DNA of 64,000 nucleotides from Eledone cirrhosa (Eukaryota): contig OZ024748.1 of the NCBI GenBank assembly GCA_964016885.1, positions 47,492,001 to 47,556,000 of the forward strand, written 5' to 3'. Under the pieces are notes generated by a model that was not told the DNA's origin, made no database searches, and saw only the letters and a list, made by a program, of their open reading frames with translations. The translations under genes and the position numbers were made by a program. Shown piece after piece: positions 52,172 through 64,000 of this stretch. Within the stretch, counting starts at the first letter, position 1. Each line of letters starts with the position of its first letter.

Positions 52172-53245
52172 CAGCTACACTGCCTCCGTGTCACACTCTC
52201 TCAGGCAGTCACGCTGTCACATAGCAGTGTCTCATTTCTACATACTCTCACTATGTCACAGTTACACTGCCTCCGTGTCACACTCTCTCAGGCAGTCACG
52301 CTGTCACATTTCAGTGTCTCATTTCTACATACTCTCACTATGTCACAGTTACACTGCCTCCGTGTCACACTCTCTCACGCTGTCACGCTGTCACATTTCA
52401 GTGTCTCATTTCTACATACTCTCACTATGTCACAGTTACACTGCCTCCGTGTCACACTCTCTCACGCTGTCACGCTGTCACATTTCAGTGTCTCATTTCT
52501 ACATACTCTCACTATGTCACAGTTACACTACCTCCGTGTCACACTCTCTCACGCTGTCACACTGTCACATTTCAGTGTCTCATTTCTACATACTCTCACT
52601 ATGTCATAGTTACACTGCCTCCGTGTCACACTCTCTCAGGCAGTCACGCTGTCACATTTCAGTGTCTCATTTCTACATACTCTCACTATGTCACAGTTAC
52701 ACTGCCTCCGTGTCACACTCTCTCAGGCAGTCACGCTGTCACATTTCAGTGTCTCATTTCTACATACTCTCACTATGTCACAGTTACACTACCTCCGTGT
52801 CACACTCTCTCACGCAGTCACGCTGTCACATTTCAGTGTCTCATTTCTACATACTCTCACTATGACACAGTTACACTGCCTCCGTGTCACACTCTCTCAC
52901 GCAGTCACGCTGTCACATTTCAGTGTCTCATTTCTACATACTCTCACTATGTCACAGTTACACTGCCTCCGTGTCACACTCTCTCACGCAGTCACGCTGT
53001 CACATTTCAGTGTCTCATTTCTACATACTCTCACTATGTCACAGTTACACTGCCTCCGTGTCACACTCTCTCAGGCAGTCACGCTGTCACATTTCAGTGT
53101 CTCATTTCTACATACTCTCACTATGTCATAGTTACACTGCCTCCGTGTCACACTCTCTCACGCTGTCACACTGTCACATTTCAGTGTCTCATTTCTACAT
53201 ACTCTCACTATGTCATAGTTACACTGCCTCCGTGTCACACTTACT
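52172..53245. repeat. 87-bp minisatellite, about 12 copies
   Basis: Unit cactgcctccgtgtcacactctctcaggcagtcacgctgtcacatttcagtgtctcatttctacatactctcactatgtcacagtta. Confidence 0.95.
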
Positions 53246-53659
53246 CACGCTATCACACTGTCACACAGTGTCACATTACCACATGCTGTCACACAGTGTT
53301 ACACTCCCACATACTCTCACTGTCACACATGTTTACTGCCTCAGTGCCACACTTACACAGTGACACATCATTAAAACATGACACTTACACAGAATCACAT
53401 AATGTCACCACACACTACCCCCCCCCACCCAGCCTCGCTCACACATTGTCACACGGTGTCAGAATGCCAGACAATGTCACTCTTTACGACAGTTTCACAC
53501 TGTCATACAGTATTTCACCATTACAACGTCACACTTCCTCACACTGCCGCTCAGTCACCCTTACACATTGTCACACTACCACACAGAGTGTCAGACAATG
53601 TCACATAACGCGAAACAGCCATCCTGTGTCACACATTTCCACATCATTACAATGTCACA

Positions 53660-56600
53660 CTTCCACACCCTACGGCCCCGAGTGACAGGCAATGTCACAC
53701 AATGTCAAACAGCCATCCTGCGTCACACATTTCCACACCCTACGGCCCCGAGTGACAGGCAATGTCACACAATGTCAAACAGCCATCCTGCGTCACACAT
53801 TTCCACACCCTACGGCCCCGAGTGACAGGCAATGTCACACAATGTCAAACAGCCATCCTGCGTCACACATTTCCACACCCTACGGCCCCGAATGACTGGC
53901 AATGTCACACAATGTCAAACAGCCATCCTGCGTCACACATTTCCACACCCTACGGCCCCGAGTGACTGGCAATGTCACACAATGTCCAACAGCCATCCTG
54001 CGTCACACATTTCCACACCCTACGGCCCCGAGTGACAGGCAATGTCACACAATGTCAAACAGCCATCCTGCGTCACACATTGTCACACCCTACGGCCCCG
54101 AGTGACAGGCAATGTCACACAATGTCAAACAGCCATCCTGCGTCACACATTGTCACACCCTACGGCCCCGAGTGACAGGCAATGTCACACAATGTCAAAC
54201 AGCCATCCTGCGTCACACATTGTCACACCCTACGGCCCCGAGTGACAGGCAATGTCACACAATGTCAAACAGCCATCCTGCGTCACACATTGTCACACCC
54301 TACGGCCCCGAGTGACAGGCAATGTCACACAATGTCAAACAGCCATCCTGCGTCACACATTGTCACACCCTACGGCCCCGAGTAACAGGCAATGTCACAC
54401 AATGTCAAACAGCCATCCTGCGTCACACTTCCACACCCTACGGCCCCGAGTGACAGGCAATGTCACACAATGTCCAACAGCCATCCTGCGTCACACATTG
54501 TCACATCCTACGGCCCCGAGTGACAGGCAATGTCACACAATGTCCAACAGCCATCCTGCGTCACACATTTCCACATCCTACGGCCCCGAGTGACAGGCAA
54601 TGTCACACAATGTCCAACAGCCATCCTGCGTCACACATTTCCACATCCTACGGCCCCGAGTGACTGGCAATGTCACACAATGTCAAACAGCCATCCTGCG
54701 TCACACATTGTCACACCCTACGGCCCCGAGTGACAGGCAATGTCACACAATTTCCAACAGCCATCCTGCGTCACACATTGTCACACCCTACGGCCCCGAG
54801 TGACAGGCAATGTCACACAATGTCAAACAGCCATCCTGCGTCACACATTGTCACACCCTACGGCCCCGAGTGACAGGCAATGTCACACAATGTCAAACAG
54901 CCATCCTGCGTCACACATTTCCACACCCTACGGCCCCGAGTGACAGGCAATGTCACACAATGTCAAACAGCCATCCTGCGTCACACATTTCCACACCCTA
55001 CGGCCCCGAGTGACTGGCAATGTCACACAATGTCAAACAGCCATCCTGCGTCACACATTTCCACACCCTACGGCCCCGAGTGACTGGCAATGTCACACAA
55101 TGTCAAACAGCCATCCTGCGTCACACATTTCCACACCCTACGGCCCCGAGTGACAGGCAATGTCACACAATGTCAAACAGCCATCCTGCGTCACACACTT
55201 CCACACCCTACGGCCCTGAGTGACTGGCAATGTCACACAATGTCAAACAGCCATCCTGCGTCACACATTTCCACACCCTACGGCCCCGAGTGACAGGCAA
55301 TGTCACACAATGTCAAACAGCCATCCTGCGTCACACATTTCCACACCCTACGGCCCCGAGTGACTGGCAATGTCACACAATGTCAAACAGCCATCCTGCG
55401 TCACACATTGTCACACCCTACGGCCCCGAGTGACAGGCAATGTCACACAATTTCCAACAGCCATCCTGCGTCACACATTGTCACACCCTACGGCCCCGAG
55501 TGACAGGCAATGTCACACAATGTCAAACAGCCATCCTGCGTCACACATTGTCACACCCTACGGCCCCGAGTGACAGGCAATGTCACACAATGTCAAACAG
55601 CCATCCTGCGTCACACATTTCCACACCCTACGGCCCCGAGTGACTGGCAATGTCACACAATGTCAAACAGCCATCCTGCGTCACACATTTCCACACCCTA
55701 CGGCCCCGAGTGACTGGCAATGTCACACAATGTCAAACAGCCATCCTGCGTCACACATTTCCACACCCTACGGCCCCGAGTGACAGGCAATGTCACACAA
55801 TGTCAAACAGCCATCCTGCGTCACACACTTCCACACCCTACGGCCCTGAGTGACTGGCAATGTCACACAATGTCAAACAGCCATCCTGCGTCACACATTT
55901 CCACACCCTACGGCCCCGAGTGACAGGCAATGTCACACAATGTCAAACAGCCATCCTGCGTCACACATTGTCACACCCTACGGCCCCGAGTGACTGTCAA
56001 TGTCACACAATGTCAAACAGCCATCCTGCGTCACACATTTCCACACCCTACGGCCCCGAGTGACAGGCAATGTCACACAATGTCAAACAGCCATCCTGCG
56101 TCACACATTTCCACACCCTACGGCCCCGAGTGACAGGCAATGTCACACAATGTCAAACAGCCATCCTGCGTCACACATTTCCACACCCTACGGCCCCGAG
56201 TGACAGGCAATGTCACACAATGTCAAACAGCCATCCTGCGTCACACATTTCCACACCCTACGGCCCCGAGTGACAGGCAATGTCACACAATGTCAAACAG
56301 CCATCCTGCGTCACACACTTCCACACCCTACGGCCCTGAGTGACTGGCAATGTCACACAATGTCAAACAGCCATCCTGCGTCACACATTTCCACACCCTA
56401 CGGCCCCGAGTGACAGGCAATGTCACACAATGTCAAACAGCCATCCTGCGTCACACATTGTCACACCCTACGGCCCCGAGTGACTGTCAATGTCACACAA
56501 TGTCAAACAGCCATCCTGCGTCACACATTTCCACACCCTACGGCCCCGAGTGACAGGCAATGTCACACAATGTCAAACAGCCATCCTGCGTCACACATTT

Positions 56601-57092
56601 CCACACCCTACGGCCCCGAGTGACAGGCAATGTCACACAATGTCAAACAGCCATCCTGCGTCACACATTTCCACTCCCTACGGCCCCGAGTGACAGGCAA
56701 TGTCACACAATGTCAAACAGCCATCCTGCGTCACACATTTCCACACCCTACGGCCCCGAGTGACTGGCAATGTCACACAATGTCAAACAGCCATCCTGCG
56801 TCACACACTTCCACACCCTACGGCCCCGAGTGACTGGCAATGTCACACAATGTCAAACAGCCATCCTGCGTCACACACTTCCACACCCTACGGCCCCGAG
56901 TGACAGGCAATGTCACACAATGTCAAACAGGCATCCTGCGTCACACACTTCCACACCCTACGGCCCCGAGTGACTGGCAATGTCACACAATGTCAAACAG
57001 CCATCCTGCGTCACACACTTCCACACCCTACGGCCCCGAGTGACAGGCAATGTCACACAATGTCAAACAGCCATCCTGCGTCACACATTGTC
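53660..57092. repeat. 70-bp minisatellite, about 49 highly homogeneous copies
   Basis: Unit ccacaccctacggccccgagtgacaggcaatgtcacacaatgtcaaacagccatcctgcgtcacacattt; the ORF track steps by 70. Confidence 0.97.
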
Positions 57093-57424
57093 ACTCATTA
57101 CAACGTTACACATCCACACACTACCACCCAGTCACCATACTTCATCCTACCACCCCGAGCAACCAACCTGTCACCATACTTCACCCTACTACCCGAGTGT
57201 CAAGCAATGTCACCCAATGTCACACAGCCACCATACCAACGCTAGCTCCTCACTGTGTGTGTGGTTGTCAATGAATGTCTATCTAGGGAAATTTACGAGT
57301 CAGTTTTATCACATGGACCAAATTATTGAATCATTAAAACATCAAATCATTCTAATTGTTATTTCTACATTTTGTCACTAATTATTATTATTGGTCAATA
57401 AATAATATACTGAAGGTACTGATG

Positions 57425-60400
57425 GAATAACAACAACAATAACAACACAAACAACAACAACAAAGGCAACAACAAAAACAAGAACAGCAAAACAACAATG
57501 GCAACAATGAAAAAACAACAGCAGCAACGACAACAACAAAAACAACAAATACAACGACAAAAACTACAACTACATCATGAACAACAACAACAAAACAACA
57601 ACAACAACAAAAACAAAAAAACAACAACAACAAAAACAACAACTACATCAACAACAACAACAAAAACAAAAAAACAACAACAAAAACAACAACTACATCA
57701 ACAACAACAAAAACAAAAAACAAAAACAACAACAACAACAACAACAACAACGACGACGACAACAACATCAACAACAACAACGACAACAACAACAACTACA
57801 ACAGCAGCAAGAACAACATCAACAACAACAATAATAACTAGTAGAATGTTGTTGTTGTTGATAATAGAAATAACTACAGCAACAAAAATAAAAGAACAAA
57901 GAAAAATCAGTAGAGGATGGTGATGGTGGTGATGGTGGCCATGATGGTGGTGATGGTGATGGTGATGGCGATGATGGTGATGGCGATGATGTGGCCATGA
58001 TGATGGTGGCGATGATGGTGATGGCGGTGATGGTGATGGCGGTGATGGTGGCGATGATGGTGATGGCGGTGATGGTGATGGCGGTGATGGTGGCGATGAT
58101 GTGGCCATGATGGTGGTGGCGATGATGGTGATGGCGGTGATGGTGATGGCGGTGATGGTGGCCATGATGGTGGTGGCGATGATGGCGATGATGGTGATAG
58201 TGGTGATGGCGATGATGGTGATGGCGGTGATGGTGGCCATGATGGTGGCGATGATGGTGATGGCGATGATGGTGATGCTGATGATGGTGGCGATGGTGGT
58301 GATGATGGTGATGGCGATGATGGTGATGGTGATGGCGATGATGGTGGCGATGGTGATGGTGGTGATGGTGGTGATGGCGATGATGGTGATGATGGTGATG
58401 GCGATGATGGTGATGGTGATGGTGGTGGCGATGATGCTGATGGTGGTGATGATGGCGATGATGGTGGCGATGATGATGATGGCGATGGTGGTGATGGCGA
58501 TGATGGTGATGGTGGTGATGATAATAGAAACAATAATAACAACAATAAAAATAGAACTAACAAAAATCAGTAGATAATGATGATGATGATGATGTTGATG
58601 AGGGTGGTGGTGATGTTGATGTTGATGAGGGGGGTGATGATGATGATGTTGATGAGGGTGGTGGTGATGTTGATGTTGATGAGGGTGGTGATGTTGATGT
58701 TGATGAGGGTGGTGGTGATGTTGATGTTGATGAGGGTGGTGGTGATGATGATGTTGATGAGGGGGGTGATGATGATGATGTTGATGAGGGTGGTGATGTT
58801 GATGTTGATGAGGGTGGTGGTGATGATGTTGATGACGGTGGTGATGATGATGATGTTGATGAGGGTGGTGATGATGATGATGTTGATGAGGGTGGTGATG
58901 ATGATGATGTTGATGAGGGTGGTGGTGATGATGATGTTGATGAGGGTGGTGGTGATGTTGATGTTGATGAGGGTGGTGATGATGATGATGTTGATGAGGG
59001 TGGTGATGATGATGATGTTGATGAGGGTGGTGATGATGATGTTGATGAGGGTGGTGGTGATGTTGATGTTGATGAGGGTGGTGATGATGATGATGTTGAT
59101 GAGGGTGGTGATGATGATGATGTTGATGAGGGTGGTGGTGATGTTGATGTTGATGAGGGTGGTGATGATGATGATGTTGATGAGGGTGGTGATGATGATG
59201 ATGTTGATGAGGGTGGTGATGATGATGATGTTGATGAGGGTGGTGATGATGATGATGTTGATGAGGGTGGTGATGATGATGATGTTGATGAGGGTGGTGA
59301 TGATGATGATGTTGATGAGGGTGGTGATGATGATGATGTTGATGAGGGTGGTGATGTTGATGTTGTTGATGACGGTGGTGATGATGATGATGTTGATGAG
59401 GGTGGTGATGATGATGATGTTGATGAGGGTGGTGATGATGATGATGTTGATGAGGGTGGTGATGATGATGATGTTGATGAGGGTGGTGATGTTGATGTTG
59501 TTGATGACGGTGGTGATGATGATGATGTTGATGAGGGTGGTGATGATGATGATGTTGATGAGGGTGGTGATGATGATGATGTTGATGAGGGTGGTGATGA
59601 TGATGTTGATGACGGTGGTGATGACGATGATGTTGATGACGGTGGTGATGATGATGATGTTGATGAGGGTGGTGATGATGATGATGTTGATGAGGGTGGT
59701 GATGTTGATGTTGTTGATGACGGTGGTGATGATGATGATGTTGATGAGGGTGGTGATGATGATGTTGATGACGGTGGTGATGATGATGATGTTGATGACG
59801 GTGGTGATGATGATGATGTTGATGAGGGTGGTGATGATGATGATGTTGATGAGGGTGGTGATGATGATGATGTTGATGAGGGTGGTGATGTTGATGTTGT
59901 TGATGACGGTGGTGATGATGATGATGTTGATGAGGGTGGTGATGATGATGATGTTGATGAGGGTGGTGATGATGATGATGTTGATGAGGGTGGTGATGAT
60001 GATGTTGATGACGGTGGTGATGACGATGATGTTGATGACGGTGGTGATGAGGGTGGTGATGATGATGATGTTGATGAGGGTGGTGATGATGATGATGTTG
60101 ATGAGGGTGGTGATGTTGATGTTGTTGATGACGGTGGTGATGATGATGATGTTGATGAGGGTGGTGATGATGATGATGTTGATGAGGGTGGTGATGATGA
60201 TGATGTTGATGAGGGTGGTGATGATGATGTTGATGACGGTGGTGATGACGATGATGTTGATGACGGTGGTGATGAGGGTGGTGATGATGATGATGTTGAT
60301 GAGGGTGGTGATGATGATGATGTTGATGAGGGTGGTGATGATGATGATGTTGATGAGGGTGGTGATGATGATGATGTTGATGAGGGTGGTGATGATGATG

Positions 60401-61320
60401 ATGTTGATGAGGGTGGTGATGATGATGATGTTGATGAGGGTGGTGATGATGATGTTGATGACGGTGGTGATGATGATGTTGTTGATGAGGGTGGTGATGA
60501 TGATGATGTTGATGAGGGTGGTGATGATGATGTTGATGACGGTTGTGATGATGATGTTGTTGATGAGGGTGGTGATGATGATGATGTTGATGACGGTGGT
60601 GATGATGATGATGTTGATGAGGGTGGTGATGATGATGATGTTGATGAGGGTGGTGATGATGATGTTGATGACGGTTGTGATGATGATGTTGTTGATGAGG
60701 GTGGTGATGATGATGATGTTGATGACGGTGGTGATGATGATGATGTTGATGAGGGTGGTGATGATGATGTTGATGACGGTGGTGATGATGATGATGTTGA
60801 TGAGGGTGGTGATGATGATGATGTTGATGAGGGTGGTGATGATGATGTTGATGACGGTTGTGATGATGATGTTGTTGATGAGGGTGGTGATGATGATGAT
60901 GTTGATGACGGTGGTGATGATGATGTTGTTGATGAGGGTGGTGATGATGATGATGATGTTGATGAGGGTGATGATGATGATGATGATGTTGATGAGGGTG
61001 GTGATGATGATGATGTTGATGACGGTGGTGATGATGATGATGTTGATGAGGGTGGTGATGATGATGATGTTGATGAGGGTGGTGATGATGATGATGTTGA
61101 TGACGGTGGTGATGATGATGTTGTTGATGAGGGTGGTGGTGATGATGATGTTGATGAGGGTGATGATGATGATGTTGATGAGGGTGGTGATGATGATGAT
61201 GTTGATGAGGGTGGTGATGACGATGGCTATAACGATAATAACGATAATAATGATGATGGCGATGATGATGTCGGTGATGACGATGTCTCGGTGATGACGA
61301 TGATGATGACTAAGGGGATG
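57425..61320. repeat. (CAA)n tract followed by two GAT-based arrays (57915-58520 GATGGCGAT type; 58575-61225 GATGATGTTGATGAGGGTGGT type)
   Basis: Direct inspection. Confidence 0.93.
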
Positions 61321-61372
61321 ACGATGATGGGGATGATGGGGATGAAGTTGACTATGATGACAGCAATAATAA

Positions 61373-61564
61373 TAATTGTTTCTTCTTTTGGGCACAAGGC
61401 CATCAATTACCCCAGTGTATTACTGGTACTTTATTTTATCGACCCCCGTAAGGATGAAAGGCAAAGTTAACCTCAACGTGATTTGAACTCAGAATGGAAA
61501 GGGCCGTAACTCTATGCTGGAAAGCATGGCGTCCGACCCTCTACCGATACTGCCAATCCACCGC
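61373..61564 (-). mobile_element. SINE, full length
   Basis: Family consensus, reverse strand. Confidence 0.92.
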
Positions 61565-61594
61565 CATATCTGCCAAATCACCAATGGCTTCTTA

Positions 61595-61790
61595 TACAGG
61601 CACAAGACCAGCAATTTAATTTAAGGGGAAGGGGAAGTCGATTAAATCGATCTCAGTACATTACTGGTACTTTATTTTATCGACCCCCGTAAGGATGAAA
61701 GACAAAGCTAACCTCGGTGGGATTTAAACTAGGCACGTAAAGGGCCATAACTCTATGCTGCAAATCATGACGTCTGACGCTCTACCAATC
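61595..61790 (-). mobile_element. SINE subfamily variant with a longer 3' segment (gtcgattaaatcga...)
   Basis: Same core, with an extra ttaaggggaaggggaagtcgattaaatcgatctc between the core and the tail. Confidence 0.8.
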
Positions 61791-62194
61791 ACTAGGGTAT
61801 AGAATAAAGGAGACATTAATGGTTACAGAATAATATATATTTTATTTCTGGTATTATTGGGATTCTATCATTGGGTTGTGTTTTGTCTTCCATTTTATAA
61901 TTATTGCTTATTTTACATTTTGAATGATGCTAAGTTTTATATATTTATATATACTTAGATATAGTTATATATAGTTATATATATATATTATATATAGTTA
62001 TATAGTTATATATATATTATATATAGTTATATATATATTATATATAGTTATATGAAGGTTTGGTGCCATGCAGTCTAAGGCTTCACATAGATATTGCTAT
62101 GATCACATACAGGAAAAAATACACAATGTGTGTGTATATATATGTATATATATATATATATGCGTGTGTGTGTGTGTATGTATTTATGTGTAGC

Positions 62195-62228
<34 letters not shown>

Positions 62229-62427
62229 GGGGGGTATTTATGTGTAGCTATATATATATGTGTGTGTGTGTGTCTGTGTGTGTGTGTGTGTCTGTATGTG
62301 TGTGTGTGTGTATTTATGTGTAGCTATATATATATATATGTGTGTGTGTGTGTGCGTGCATGTGTGTGTATAAAAGACATCCTTGGCGATTATATACCTA
62401 TGTATGTATATATCTACAGATATAGAA

Positions 62428-62476
<49 letters not shown>

Positions 62477-62987
62477 CAGATAGATAGATAGAGAGAGAGA
62501 GGGGAACAGGTAGATAAATATGAAGCACTATAAGCAACAATGTATGTATGTGTGTATATATATATATATATATGTATTCACGTATGTATGTAATTATTAT
62601 GTATGCATCCATTATATACATACACACATAATTGCATACACACACGCCTATATACATATAGACATTCATACTTGCGTGCATACATAGATACACATATACA
62701 TACATAGATGCAAACAACCCTACATACCTACATATATACATCGATACACGTATGCATGCATACACACATACATACATATCTACACACACACGTACGTGCA
62801 TACATATATATATATATATATACATAGATGCAAACATTCATACCTACATAAAAACACACACATAGATACACACATACATACACACATACACACATACAGG
62901 TACACACACACATACATACACACACATACACATACACACACATACACATACACACATACACACACACACACATACACACACACACAT

Positions 62988-63055
<68 letters not shown>

Positions 63056-63104
63056 CTAGGCTGGCGCCCGGCTACCATTGGCGTGTTCTACGGCATCCAT
63101 ATAT

Positions 63105-63171
<67 letters not shown>

Positions 63172-63224
63172 GCTGACGTACCTAGCTTCGCTTGGATAAA
63201 CAGACGATAAGCCGTATGTGTAGT

Positions 63225-63852
63225 ATGGTATACTATTACTGTTGAAAATATATAGTATAGTATTACTGTTGAAAATATATAGTATAGTATTACTGTTGAA
63301 AATATATATAGTATATTATAGTATTACTGTTGAAAATATATAGTATAGTATTACTGTTGAAAATATATAGTATAGTATTACTGTTGAAAATATATATAGT
63401 ATATTATAGTATTACTATTGAAAATATATAGTATAGTATTACTGTTGAAAATATATAGTATATTATAGTATAGTATTACTGTTGAAAATATATAGTATAG
63501 TATAGTATAGTATTACTGTTGAAAATATATAGTATAGTATAGTATAGTATAGTATTACTGTTGAAAATATATAGTATAGTATAGTATAGTATTACTGTTG
63601 AAAATATATAGTATAGTATAGTATAGTATTACTGTTGAAAATATATAGTATAGTATAGTATAGTATTACTGTTGAAAATATATAGTATAGTATTAATGTT
63701 GAAAATATATAGTACAGTATTACTTTTGAAAATATATAGTACAGTTCAGTATTACTGTTGAAAATATATAGTATAGTATATTATTAATGTTGAAAATATA
63801 TAGTACAGTATTACTGTTGAAAATATATAGTATAGTATTACTGTTGAAAATA
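63225..63852. repeat. Minisatellite tattactgttgaaaatata(tagta)n, about 19 copies of variable length
   Basis: Constant core plus a variable number of TAGTA pentamers. Confidence 0.92.
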
Positions 63853-64000
63853 TGTACACGAATATATAATTATATATCTTAACAATAATAAAGAAAGGAG
63901 TGCGGGACTGCGTCCAGAATATTTTTTTTACCCCGTTTGTAAAATAAGTTAGAATACTTTGAATAAATAATGAATGAATCTTACATAATTTATGTGCTAA

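Noticed and set aside
53660-57092. CRISPR-like array or repeated 67-aa ORFs
   Set aside because: The units are contiguous with no unique spacers, there are no cas genes and the context is eukaryotic. The 70-bp unit is not a multiple of 3 and contains stops.
58567-61395. 905/942-aa Met/Ile-rich ORFs
   Set aside because: Translations of a GAT-based simple repeat.

Overview
Repeat-dominated animal (eukaryotic) DNA. It is most likely an octopus or other cephalopod, inferred from the abundant tRNA-head/Nin(Deu)-domain SINE and the extreme microsatellite load. No host gene could be identified with confidence. Two retroelements have intact reading frames. The first is a Penelope-like element (RT plus C-terminal GIY-YIG, ORF open from base 1 to 2781, Asn-rich N-terminal part, hammerhead-like motif downstream). 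The second is a full-length L1/Tx1-clade LINE on the minus strand (about 45913-51712; ORF1 with a zinc knuckle, ORF2 APE-RT-ZnF) embedded in a (GATA)n microsatellite. A diverged 5'-truncated relative of this LINE sits in another (GATA)n tract at about 6.0 kb, which points to a GATA-repeat-targeting retrotransposon family. Also present: about 15 SINE copies, R4/Dong-like RLE LINE fragments, internally deleted RTE derivatives (one with an HDV-like ribozyme remnant), several other Penelope fragments with fold-back ends and hammerhead motifs (one with a compensatory U3:A8 core), hAT and mariner MITEs, 46-, 70- and 87-bp minisatellites, and multi-kb triplet arrays. Almost all other ORFs in the track are artefacts of simple repeats.
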